A stretch of 42,472 nt of DNA from Pseudomonadota bacterium (GTDB lineage Bacteria; Myxococcota_A; UBA9042; GCA-2863065), in the NCBI GenBank assembly GCA_002863065.1, contig PKDL01000144.1, forward strand, positions 1-42,472, given 5' to 3'. Made by a program: the position numbers and the translations under genes. Position 1 is the first letter of the stretch; each line of letters begins with the position of its first letter. Of the stretch, positions 18,675 to 29,108 are shown piece by piece. The notes beneath the pieces are model-generated. The model did no database searches and was not told the origin of the DNA. It was given only the letters and a program-made list of their open reading frames with translations.

Positions 18675-19463
18675 ATGAGTGAGTTGTCGCTGACATACTT
18701 AAGGACCTCATCTGTCCTCATCGAGTACGACGGTTATACGCTGTTGACGGACCCTTGGTTTTCTATGGTGATGCGCATTGTTCCTGTCTTCCGCGCTCCT
18801 GGTATTCCGCTGCATCGACTACCGAAGCTGGATGCGATTGTCGCGTCGCACCTACATCCTGACCATTTCGAGGTTCACTCGGTGGAGAAACTGGCCCACC
18901 CTGGACTTGAGATTGTGGGCACACGCGGTGTTTCCGCGGTATGCGACCGCATGTCGCTCAAGAAAGTACATGACTTATGGCACTGGGAGTCAGCCACTGT
19001 CGGGCCATTTACTCTAACCGCAACCCCAGCGGTGCACACGGGGCCTGCACCGCTTGAAGTGAATTTCATTATCGATGCCGGGCCATATCGACTGTTTTTC
19101 GGAGGGGATGCGCGTTGGAGTGACTCATACCGTCAGGTTGCCGATCGCTTTGATCGGATTGACATCGCTTTACTGCCTATTGGCGGGACCCTCATTTTTG
19201 GTCATAGGACGACAATGGGTCCAGCGGATGCAGTCCGGGCTTGTAATTATCTTCGGCCGCGATTCGCGGTACCGATACACGAGGGTGGAGAGTGGATGCC
19301 GGTTCCACCAGCGAGCTGGCACCCGGGTCGGAACCGTCACTTTGTCAAACGGCTGCGGCGGTCGGGACTGCCGGTTGAACCGTGTGTGATCGCACCTGGT
19401 GAGCGAGCATCCTTTACTGCACATGGGCTTGTACGTCGCCAACCTTACGACCTCGCCGCATAG
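18675..19463 (+). CDS. MBL-fold metallo-hydrolase (UlaG/NAPE-PLD-like)
   Basis: LLTDPWFS, SHLHPDH (HxHxDH), TPAVH, FFGGD, DIALLPIGG and PIH. Confidence 0.88.
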   Translation: MSELSLTYLRTSSVLIEYDGYTLLTDPWFSMVMRIVPVFRAPGIPLHRLPKLDAIVASHLHPDHFEVHSVEKLAHPGLEIVGTRGVSAVCDRMSLKKVHDLWHWESATVGPFTLTATPAVHTGPAPLEVNFIIDAGPYRLFFGGDARWSDSYRQVADRFDRIDIALLPIGGTLIFGHRTTMGPADAVRACNYLRPRFAVPIHEGGEWMPVPPASWHPGRNRHFVKRLRRSGLPVEPCVIAPGERASFTAHGLVRRQPYDLAA

Positions 19464-19511
19464 CAATGGACGCTGGGTTATCAGCGCATTCGTGGGTCCG
19501 TTAGGGTTCAC

Positions 19512-19868
19512 TCAGCCAGCGGCTGCAGTCATTGCGTCGTCCGTGGCTGTAAACGGAATGGTCACCACCGGTTCGTCGTCCACACTTACGGTTTCGATGT
19601 CGTCAAGTGAATACGGAATGTCGCACGGCGTGGTGTCGAGACGTCCATTCAGATTGATATCTTCGAAGGCGAGGATTTCTTTAAGATCGGTTTCGAAGCA
19701 CTCTTTATGAAAGTCCCTCACCTTCTTGAGCGCAGGTACGGGTACACTCGCCGCCGTTAGAAGGGCTCGCATCGCGCCATGGTAGCCGATGAAGACGGTT
19801 AGGCCGGCAGCATAGCGTCCCCAACCAATTTTTTTCCCGGCATTTTTACCGCCGCAACAGTTTGCCAT
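19512..19868 (-). CDS. Hypothetical protein with N-terminal CCGG and one hydrophobic segment
   Basis: GAGGAGA RBS; follows the PP-loop gene after an 11-nt gap. Confidence 0.65.
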   Translation of the reverse strand: MANCCGGKNAGKKIGWGRYAAGLTVFIGYHGAMRALLTAASVPVPALKKVRDFHKECFETDLKEILAFEDINLNGRLDTTPCDIPYSLDDIETVSVDDEPVVTIPFTATDDAMTAAAG

Positions 19869-19879
19869 GGTGTCTCTCC

Positions 19880-20752
19880 TCAGCTCGCTTCTTGGTACTG
19901 GTTACGAGGTCCTGCTTCTTCCAATTGTTGCTTTCGGTCTTGAAGCAATTCGTCCAAGTCTACGCCCTTCTGGGCAAAATACTCGTTGACGATAGCTCTG
20001 GCGACCTCAGACTTCTCTTTTATAAAGCGTGCAACGTCGTACTCATCGTGTTTCACTCGCTTGTTAAACAGCAGGTAGGGCATGTAGTAGAGTTCGCCCG
20101 CTAGGCATGTCGGCTGAATACACAGATGTCGGTCCAGGACCTCGATACCCATATTGAGGTTTAGTTCACGAATGAGATTTTTACTGTCGGAACGTTTCAC
20201 GTCGTACACCGGCGTGCCGAACTCCACGGTCAGATCTTCATAGAAGTGTTGGATCATGCTCAATGACATCAGGGACTGCTCTACCATCTCTTCAGTGTCC
20301 ATATTGGAACCGTCCGTCATGAACCGGACACCGTTTTCAAGACAGTAGATGGCGGAGCGCATGTGCATGGCCATTTTGCAGCCCATAAACCATATGAACC
20401 CTGATCGGTATTTTTTGTAGTCGCGCAAAACATTGTTCACGAGGATCTGGTCAAAGTATGATTTCGTGGAGATCAGCGTGTATCGAAAGCGGTTACCTAA
20501 CTTGTCGTTGAGTTCTTCTACGCGCTTTGTTGTGCGGTCAAAATGGTAGTGACCGTATCCATTTTTGTACGTGACAAGGTGTACGCGGTCGTAGTGGTCC
20601 GACATTTTTATGGCGGATGCAGTTGAATCGATACCGCCGCTAAACATGAGGGTGATTTCTTTTGATTTCAATCTAGGATACCGACCGGGACCCATAAGCT
20701 CTGACGGCGGCTCGGACTCAGTCAACACATCTGAATGCTGCGTCTTTAGCAT
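19880..20752 (-). CDS. PP-loop (adenine nucleotide alpha-hydrolase, QueC/ThiI-like) ATP pyrophosphatase
   Basis: LMFSGGIDST PP-loop, then VHLVTY, GCKMAMH, DGS and QPTC; GAGGAGA RBS before ATG 20752. Not a clear QueC orthologue. Confidence 0.72.
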   Translation of the reverse strand: MLKTQHSDVLTESEPPSELMGPGRYPRLKSKEITLMFSGGIDSTASAIKMSDHYDRVHLVTYKNGYGHYHFDRTTKRVEELNDKLGNRFRYTLISTKSYFDQILVNNVLRDYKKYRSGFIWFMGCKMAMHMRSAIYCLENGVRFMTDGSNMDTEEMVEQSLMSLSMIQHFYEDLTVEFGTPVYDVKRSDSKNLIRELNLNMGIEVLDRHLCIQPTCLAGELYYMPYLLFNKRVKHDEYDVARFIKEKSEVARAIVNEYFAQKGVDLDELLQDRKQQLEEAGPRNQYQEAS

Positions 20753-20781
20753 ATGTATCTCTCCTCTCTCTCCATTGTGAC

Positions 20782-21804
20782 GTGTCTGGGCCCTTGGAAT
20801 CAAACGAGAACTTCACAGAAACCCTGACAGGGCGGCATCACATTGATGCACCGCACATCCCGTGGCATGCTCTCCGAGTGTCGACTGCCCTCCAATGTGA
20901 TGATGGGCTAGACGCTCAAGCGTTGCTGAACTTTGTCATTTCACCCGAAATTTTCGGTTCAGACAGGCGTGTGTTGAGTTGGCTAGACCCAGACCGAACC
21001 GGTTATGCGTACGACGAATGTACGGCGCTTTACGGTCGTCTCTATACCTGGTTGGGGAGAGCGCAAGACGCAATTGCAATGTCTAATGTTTTGGAAAGGC
21101 AATTGTCAGAGCAGGGGTGGCTTGGACGGAACGACATTGGTTACGCATTTGATACCGCACTCGGCATCGATGCTGTGCGCGAACCGTCTCTCCCGTTGAA
21201 TCAGGTAATACATTGGCTTACTTCTGGTGTTGCCTGCTCACGCGTCACACGACCTGGCTGGTGGTCGCAATCCTATGGTGCCCATTTACTGAAATGCTTA
21301 CCCCCATTGGCAAGGCATGGTCGACGAACATACGCCATTGCCATTGCGGATGACATTATCGAAAAATGCTACGATGGCGGCCGCTTTCGAATACATGCGG
21401 ATAGCCAGGCGACTTATATCCACAGTCATTGCTATGCAATGGAGGGAATGCTCGGGTTACAGGCCCATCCTGATGTTTTGCTGTCTGCGGCAGATTGGTT
21501 GTCTGCTCAGATGCTGCCAAGTGGCGCATTACCAGCCTGGGTTGGTGCTCAGAATGAAAGATATCCCAGTGACGTTGTTGCTCAGGCAGTGCGCCTTTTT
21601 TCCGCTGTGGATCCGTCTCGGTATAGCACCGAGATAGAGAAAGGCTTACAACGACTGGCTGAATTACAAGACCCCAGCACTGGCGGTATTCGCTATACCC
21701 TTTCGTCAAGACATGTGAACACGTGGGCGTCCGCATTTGCATTACAAGCCGTCTACTGGGCTGCTAGACCACCCGTAAAATCTGAGTTGCAGTGGTTGGT
21801 ATGA
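20782..21804 (+). CDS. Alpha/alpha-barrel protein (prenyltransferase/six-hairpin glycosidase-like); real start probably further downstream
   Basis: Repeats of the type AADWLSAQMLPSGA and LAELQDPSTGG (QW-like), plus HSHCYAMEG. Confidence 0.6.
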   Translation: MSGPLESNENFTETLTGRHHIDAPHIPWHALRVSTALQCDDGLDAQALLNFVISPEIFGSDRRVLSWLDPDRTGYAYDECTALYGRLYTWLGRAQDAIAMSNVLERQLSEQGWLGRNDIGYAFDTALGIDAVREPSLPLNQVIHWLTSGVACSRVTRPGWWSQSYGAHLLKCLPPLARHGRRTYAIAIADDIIEKCYDGGRFRIHADSQATYIHSHCYAMEGMLGLQAHPDVLLSAADWLSAQMLPSGALPAWVGAQNERYPSDVVAQAVRLFSAVDPSRYSTEIEKGLQRLAELQDPSTGGIRYTLSSRHVNTWASAFALQAVYWAARPPVKSELQWLV

Positions 21805-21828
21805 GAGACCAGGGGGGCGCTTAGTTTT

Positions 21829-23412
21829 ATGGACGTCCTTGGCGTATGGGATGGTCATGATGCCGGCGTTGCTTGGTGGCGTGATGGTAAATACCTCTGT
21901 TGCTTGAACGAAGAGCGAATATCCCGAGAAAAACGACAAGCGGGGTTTCCTTCTCTTGCACTGGAAACATTAATTGCAAAGGAAGGCTTGGATCCGAGTC
22001 GGATTGATCTAGTCGCTGTTCCCGGGCGATATGGTCGCTCGATAATGCGCTTTGCAGATTCGAGATATCGAGCTGAAACAGCCGGTCAAGATCCGCTTTC
22101 GGTTGCTTCTGCTTTGGTTCGTAACGCAGACAATGCGATCTCGAAAGTACCTATGTTGCGTCGATTTGAAAGCGAAGCAGGTATTTCTCGCGTTCGATCT
22201 CGCCTACGTAGGCAAGGCATATATGCACCGCTTGCGTCGGTTCAACACCATGATGCACATGCACATACGGCGGCCTGCACGAGGAACGGGAATTCTCTGA
22301 TCGTTACACTCGATGGTTATGGAGATGGGGAGTGTGGGCGTTTGGCGTATCAGACTGCGCGGGAGCGGACGCTTCATGTTCCTGGGGATAGTATTGCCCT
22401 CGTGTATGGAGCCGTGACGAATCTCTTGGGTTTTAGTGAAGGTGATGAAGGAAAAGTCATGGGGTTGGCGGCACATGGTGACCCTACTGTCTTACGCAAT
22501 ATATTTCAGCATCTCCTCACGCCTGGCAGTTGTTGTATCGATTTACGAGACTCGGCAATGCGCCGCCTTTTGATGACTGCGAGGCGCGAGGATGTGGCAG
22601 CAGCACTACAAGAGCAAACGGAAAAGGTTGCTTTACACTGGATCCGCTCCGTTCGCCGCGATGAAACCTCGCTGGCGGTTTCGGGTGGGCTGTTCGCCAA
22701 TGTGGCCCTCAACGGTAAGCTTCAAGAAGAATTCAAAGATGTTTATGTGTTTCCGCATATGGGAGATGGCGGTCTGTGCGTAGGGGCGGTTGAAGCCGTG
22801 GTTCAGTGTCATGCCTTTCCGGATGTTCCATTTCTTGGTCCGACGTGGACAAAAAAAGATATTCTCAATGCACTGGAAGCCGCATCATTATCTTTTCATG
22901 AATCTCGCTGTCCCGAGTTGGAGCTTGCGCAGACCATTATATCCGGTGAGATGGCCGCTCGATGGTGTGGGAGGTCCGCATTTGGGCCGCGTGCCCTCGG
23001 GCATCGCTCTATCTTCATCCGTCCAGACAAGCAGGAATTGGTAGACCAATTAAACACGCGTCTGGGCAGGGATGAGTTTATGCCTTTTGCTCCGATGCGT
23101 CGCACAGGCCTGGGGTCAAAGACCATGACTAGTGTCTTTCGAGCCGATGCTATGCTGCGAGAACATGCATCGGCTGCAGTGCACGTCGACGGTACATGCA
23201 GAACTCAAATTGTTTGTGAGTCGGCCGACCGGGGACTTTGGGACATGCTGGAGCGCACGGAAGCAGCTGGCTTACCTGCAGTTATTAATACAAGTTTCAA
23301 TCAACACGGTGAACCGATTGTTGAATCACCGGAAGATGCTGTGCGAACATTCATCGCAGCCGGGCTCGATCGGATGCAACTGGGACCGTTCATCGTCGAG
23401 ATTCCCCGTTAG
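21829..23412 (+). CDS. NodU/CmcH/TobZ-family O-carbamoyltransferase (copy 2)
   Basis: GHDAG, EERISREK, HHDAH, DGYGD, EGKVMGLAAHG, SGGLFANV, GPRALGHRS, PFAP, VHVDGT and NTSFNQHGEPIV. Confidence 0.92.
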   Translation: MDVLGVWDGHDAGVAWWRDGKYLCCLNEERISREKRQAGFPSLALETLIAKEGLDPSRIDLVAVPGRYGRSIMRFADSRYRAETAGQDPLSVASALVRNADNAISKVPMLRRFESEAGISRVRSRLRRQGIYAPLASVQHHDAHAHTAACTRNGNSLIVTLDGYGDGECGRLAYQTARERTLHVPGDSIALVYGAVTNLLGFSEGDEGKVMGLAAHGDPTVLRNIFQHLLTPGSCCIDLRDSAMRRLLMTARREDVAAALQEQTEKVALHWIRSVRRDETSLAVSGGLFANVALNGKLQEEFKDVYVFPHMGDGGLCVGAVEAVVQCHAFPDVPFLGPTWTKKDILNALEAASLSFHESRCPELELAQTIISGEMAARWCGRSAFGPRALGHRSIFIRPDKQELVDQLNTRLGRDEFMPFAPMRRTGLGSKTMTSVFRADAMLREHASAAVHVDGTCRTQIVCESADRGLWDMLERTEAAGLPAVINTSFNQHGEPIVESPEDAVRTFIAAGLDRMQLGPFIVEIPR

Positions 23413-23526
23413 GTTACTGCGAGCTGCGATCTGCATCTGATGAATAGCAACGGCGATGCAGCCTTCGTTGTTGGTGTGGCATAAGGTCTGCTCAAGAATG
23501 CTACGGGCCTTGGAGGATTAACCGCG

Positions 23527-24663
23527 GTGGCGACAGACCTTACCCAACGACCTCCTAGAGCTGCTCCGGCCGAAGCTACGATGGTAGGTAATCGCGGTAA
23601 AATCATCGGTCTGAATGATCTGATGTTCGTCTCAAAGACTGCGATGCACCGGGGCAATGGCCCGTTCAAGCTGACGATAGCGCTCACTTGGGTTTGTGAC
23701 CAGCAATGTAAGCACTGCTCTATATGGTCTCGCCCACGGTCGCCGGAGCTCAATCCAGGGCAATGGCGACAAGTATTTCGAAGTGCTAGACGGACACTCA
23801 ACTGGCTAGATCTTACCGGCGGAGAGGTGACGACTCGCCCTGATTTTGCTGAAATTGCATTGGCCGCTATCGAAGAGTTACCCAATCTCGCAATGCTTCA
23901 TTTTCCAACTAATGGCAGGCGGCCTACGCGATTGGAGTCCGTGGTTAAAGCCATTATGACCGGTGGTCCACGTCGGTTGGTGGTCAGTCTTAGTCTCGAT
24001 GGTCCGCCAGACGTTCACGCGGAGGTGAGAGGTGATGAACGCGGCTTTGAGCAAACGGTTGAGAGCTTTCAGCGGCTGAGGAAGCTCGGCATAGAAACGT
24101 ATTTTGGGCTGACGGTTTCGTCCCTGAATATTCAGTACGTGGATGCAGCATACGATGCATTGCAAGAGCGTATTCCCAACCTCAGTTGGTCTGATCTTCA
24201 CGTGAATATTCTGCACGAGTCTGCGCACTACTTTGGTAATACTGGGATCGGCCGCCCCGACTCTCAAAAAGTCCATGCATTGATTCGCTCGCTAATTCAT
24301 AAACGAGGACTTCCCACACACCCCACACACTTGATGGAAAGATTGTATCTACGCCGAGTCGGTGACTACCTGAAGAGCGGCCGTTCTCCTGTGCCGTGTA
24401 CATCCTTGCGGGGCAATGCCTTTATTGACCCAACAGGGCAGGTGTACCCGTGCCATATTTGGGATGAACCCATCGGTGATCTTAACAATTACAACCTGTC
24501 GCTACCTCTCCTATGGTCGAGTCACCGGCGTATTGAGCTACGAGACCGAGTAAAGGCAGAGAAATGTCCCGGGTGCTGGACGCCGTGCGAAGCGTACCCA
24601 TCAATCATGAATAGCCTGCCATCGTCTCTTTGGAGTACATCAGGAGCAGATACAAGCCCGTAG
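23527..24663 (+). CDS. Radical SAM enzyme with a SPASM/twitch domain; start uncertain
   Basis: CDQQCKHC (CxxxCxxC), TGGE, SLDG, and C-terminal C...GQVYPC...CPGCWTPC. Confidence 0.9.
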   Translation: MATDLTQRPPRAAPAEATMVGNRGKIIGLNDLMFVSKTAMHRGNGPFKLTIALTWVCDQQCKHCSIWSRPRSPELNPGQWRQVFRSARRTLNWLDLTGGEVTTRPDFAEIALAAIEELPNLAMLHFPTNGRRPTRLESVVKAIMTGGPRRLVVSLSLDGPPDVHAEVRGDERGFEQTVESFQRLRKLGIETYFGLTVSSLNIQYVDAAYDALQERIPNLSWSDLHVNILHESAHYFGNTGIGRPDSQKVHALIRSLIHKRGLPTHPTHLMERLYLRRVGDYLKSGRSPVPCTSLRGNAFIDPTGQVYPCHIWDEPIGDLNNYNLSLPLLWSSHRRIELRDRVKAEKCPGCWTPCEAYPSIMNSLPSSLWSTSGADTSP

Positions 24664-24667
24664 CGGC

Positions 24668-26062
24668 TTAGTCCTTCAGAGCAAGAATTGCCCGGGCGAG
24701 AATATGATCACAAAGGACATGGTTTACGAAGCCACCACGCACGATTGCTCTGGCAGAACGCGCTTTTCGTGCTCCTGTCGCGAGTAGGAGTACCAACTTG
24801 TTCTTATCAACGAGACTCATGCGCCGTAATTGATCTGGGTCAATCCCAATAAGCTGGTCGATATTCTTGCTGGTTTGTCGAAGTGATAGCCGCTCGCCAT
24901 TCTCATCTATTGGGTTTAGGCAGACGTCCGCAACAGCTCGTTCTGGATTCGCTAATTTATATCCCTGCATGGCTAGAACACGCTGAAGGCTACCGTTCGG
25001 AGTGAGGCTATCACCTACTCCTAAAACGGCTACATCCACATCGGTAATCTGGTCGAGTACGCTCGTAACAGAGCGGCTTCTCAACACGACATCACCGTCG
25101 TCAGTAAGATATCCGAAGGCTCTCAAGCTGTGTCCGTGGACGGATTCGCTTCCTAGAAGCGCACCTACCCGATGACACAGTTCTCCAACGAGGGCATCTG
25201 CAAGTGCATTCTGCTTGCTGAAGGGTTCTATTGTGAGAGGGTAGATGCGGTAGATACGTTCGGGCCAGAGTAGTTCTCCTAGGCCAACCTGGTGGACCAG
25301 AGAAGCTACATGGAAGCCACCTGCTAAGCCGATATGGCTGACATGCGCATTAGCCTGTAGGTAATCGGCTAAGACCTCAAGACCGTAATTGCCTACTAGT
25401 AGTGGGCCGATATGTCCGCCATCACGGAAGCTGCTGTGTACCGGGCTACGAAGGACAGTAACTTTCAGACGATTGGACAGGTGTTGCGGAGTAAAGGGGT
25501 CCTCCACCAATACCTTACGGACTTGCTCGCTTAGCTCATGGTCAACCGCCTGGCGCCCAACATTTAGTTGAGCTACGCCGAGGAACACTGCTGACTGTGC
25601 TAGTCGACCAAGTTCCCACTCCAGCTTTTCGCGGCCATCTTCAGTGTCGAAACGGTCGGTTACTAAGCCTAGTTCGGTGCAAAGTTCGCTATCGAATTCT
25701 GCCCCGCCTAATAGGCGCTCAAGTGCAACCGCAAATCGTGTCCGAGATGGACTCAATGCAGGGGTACGTCGTGCCCATCGGACCCCACCAGCCCCCTCGA
25801 GGCTCATTTCTCCGAGGAGAAATTCAGGCGAAACCTCAAAAATACGAGCTAAGGCGACCAGCTGTTGGACTGTCGGTGACCGGCGATCCGAACGAAGTAG
25901 GCTGTAAGTAGAAGGAGATAATGGAACATCAAAACGTTCGCGTACAAGTGCGCAAATTTCGCGGGCAGCGATTGTTCGTCCCATTCGTTGACTGAGTGAG
26001 GGCTCCGCTTGCTGAAGTCGGGCCCCGATTTTTATATCTACCGCACTTGTGCCTTCATCCAT
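24668..26062 (-). CDS. Transcriptional regulator: XRE HTH fused to a SorC/DeoR/LsrR-type sugar-binding domain
   Basis: N-terminal HTH (SPTVQQLVALARIFEVSPEFLLG); C-terminal IGLAGG, DVAVLGVG, DENGE, IGI, GARKARS and GGFVNHVLCD. Confidence 0.78.
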   Translation of the reverse strand: MDEGTSAVDIKIGARLQQAEPSLSQRMGRTIAAREICALVRERFDVPLSPSTYSLLRSDRRSPTVQQLVALARIFEVSPEFLLGEMSLEGAGGVRWARRTPALSPSRTRFAVALERLLGGAEFDSELCTELGLVTDRFDTEDGREKLEWELGRLAQSAVFLGVAQLNVGRQAVDHELSEQVRKVLVEDPFTPQHLSNRLKVTVLRSPVHSSFRDGGHIGPLLVGNYGLEVLADYLQANAHVSHIGLAGGFHVASLVHQVGLGELLWPERIYRIYPLTIEPFSKQNALADALVGELCHRVGALLGSESVHGHSLRAFGYLTDDGDVVLRSRSVTSVLDQITDVDVAVLGVGDSLTPNGSLQRVLAMQGYKLANPERAVADVCLNPIDENGERLSLRQTSKNIDQLIGIDPDQLRRMSLVDKNKLVLLLATGARKARSARAIVRGGFVNHVLCDHILARAILALKD

Positions 26063-26185
26063 CCCGGGATTGTAAAGCGCTTATACTGAAAGTACCAGTG
26101 CCTGTTAATTTCGCGATGCCAGCTTGTCTGAGAGGATAGTAGTAGTGTCTTCGGTCTGACTCCAAGCGTCTGTTCGACCGAAATG

Positions 26186-26602
26186 CTACTGAGATGAGGG
26201 ATCTAGAAGTTCTACCAGTACCCCATTGCAGGATTTCGGGTGTAAGAATGCTACTGGAAAACCCTCAGCTCCAACGCTCGGAGTCGTGTTTATTACTCGC
26301 ACCCCGTTTTCGCTCAGAGTCGACAAGCTCGAAAGAATATCCGGAACTTCGAAACAGATATGGTGAATACCCTCGCCTCGCGTTTCTAGAAATCGGCTTA
26401 TTTCACTGTCCTCTCGTAGCGGTGCCAATAGTTCGACGAGCACGTCACCGGCTTTCAGAAACGCCACGCGCAGCCCCCGGTCCTCGATATCTACAATCGA
26501 GTCAAGCGGTAGTCCGAGCTGGTCACGATAGAAGGCGAGCGCTGGCTCAAGTTTATGTACCGCTATCCCAAGATGATTTATTTTTTTGGCGCTGGCTGAC
26601 AT
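26186..26602 (-). CDS. mce: Methylmalonyl-CoA epimerase (VOC family)
   Basis: INHLGIAV, VAFL, VELLAP, RGEGIHHICFEV, GAEG and AFLHPKSCNGVLVEL. Confidence 0.92.
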   Translation of the reverse strand: MSASAKKINHLGIAVHKLEPALAFYRDQLGLPLDSIVDIEDRGLRVAFLKAGDVLVELLAPLREDSEISRFLETRGEGIHHICFEVPDILSSLSTLSENGVRVINTTPSVGAEGFPVAFLHPKSCNGVLVELLDPSSQ

Positions 26603-26658
26603 CAGCACTCCGTCACGTAGTCCGAGAGCCTGGCAGGTCTATCGGCCGACCTGACAGA

Positions 26659-26681
26659 GTGGGTTGGTGTATCCAACCCAC
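26659..26681 (-). terminator. Stem-loop downstream of groEL (possible terminator or mRNA stabiliser)
   Basis: GTGGGTTGG-tgtat-CCAACCCAC, a 9-bp perfect inverted repeat with no strong U tract. Confidence 0.5.
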
Positions 26682-26752
26682 CCGTACAGTGTACTCGCCG
26701 ATGAGCTGCTGGCGATAGTACTATACACCTTGCAGCCCATTGACGAAGCGGC

Positions 26753-28471
<1,719 letters not shown>

Positions 28472-28500
28472 TCAGTGGTTGTGTGTTGGTTTCGGGGCAG

Positions 28501-28788
28501 TTACTCGACGATACCGATGATGTCGTCTTCGCGTAAAATGAGGTGCTCTTCACCTTCGATTTTGACCTCTGTGCCTGCGTATTTGCTGAAGAGGATGGTG
28601 TCTCCCACCTTGACCTCTAGGGGCAAAACGTTGCCGTCATCGAGTCGCTTACCATTTCCAACGGCAACCACAAGAGCCTCTTGGGGCTTTTCTTTTGCAG
28701 TGTCCGGAATGATAATTCCGCCAGCGGTGGTTTGCTCTTTCTCTACTCGCTTTACAAGTAGGCGGTCATGCAGGGGTCGGATGTTCAT
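28501..28788 (-). CDS. groES: Co-chaperonin GroES
   Basis: [30 protein letters not shown] and KYAGTEV. Confidence 0.99.
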   Translation of the reverse strand: MNIRPLHDRLLVKRVEKEQTTAGGIIIPDTAKEKPQEALVVAVGNGKRLDDGNVLPLEVKVGDTILFSKYAGTEVKIEGEEHLILREDDIIGIVE

Positions 28789-28813
28789 GTGTTTTTCTCC
28801 TGGTTTCGGTGCC

Positions 28814-28840
28814 TTAGCACTCAGGCATACAGAGTGCTAA
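28814..28840. promoter_or_regulatory. CIRCE element (HrcA operator)
   Basis: Perfect TTAGCACTC-AGGCATACA-GAGTGCTAA (N9 spacer), 25 nt upstream of groES. Confidence 0.97.
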
Positions 28841-28857
28841 CGTGTTCATCGGCCCGA

Positions 28858-28885
28858 ACAGTAACCGCGCTATTGAAGTGCGCAA
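28858..28885 (-). promoter_or_regulatory. Putative sigma70 promoter of groESL
   Basis: Minus strand TTGCGC-N16-TACTGT with an AT-rich tract upstream; it would place CIRCE just after the transcription start. Confidence 0.4.
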
Positions 28886-29108
28886 CCCCTAAGCGAAAAA
28901 TTTTTATTTATGAAGCACAACATAGACTTCTCAATGCTTTGCCTCGAAGTACCGTCGCCAATATACTACGGCCGTTGAATCGTGGGCTGTAGTTCATCTA
29001 TCGCGTCGCGCTACGTGCGACTTGCAAGATGGGCTTACCCGTTATTGACGTATCTTAGATTTTTCAGGCATTGCCACAGCGAACGCTCGTAGAATCGGAA
29101 GGCAACGC

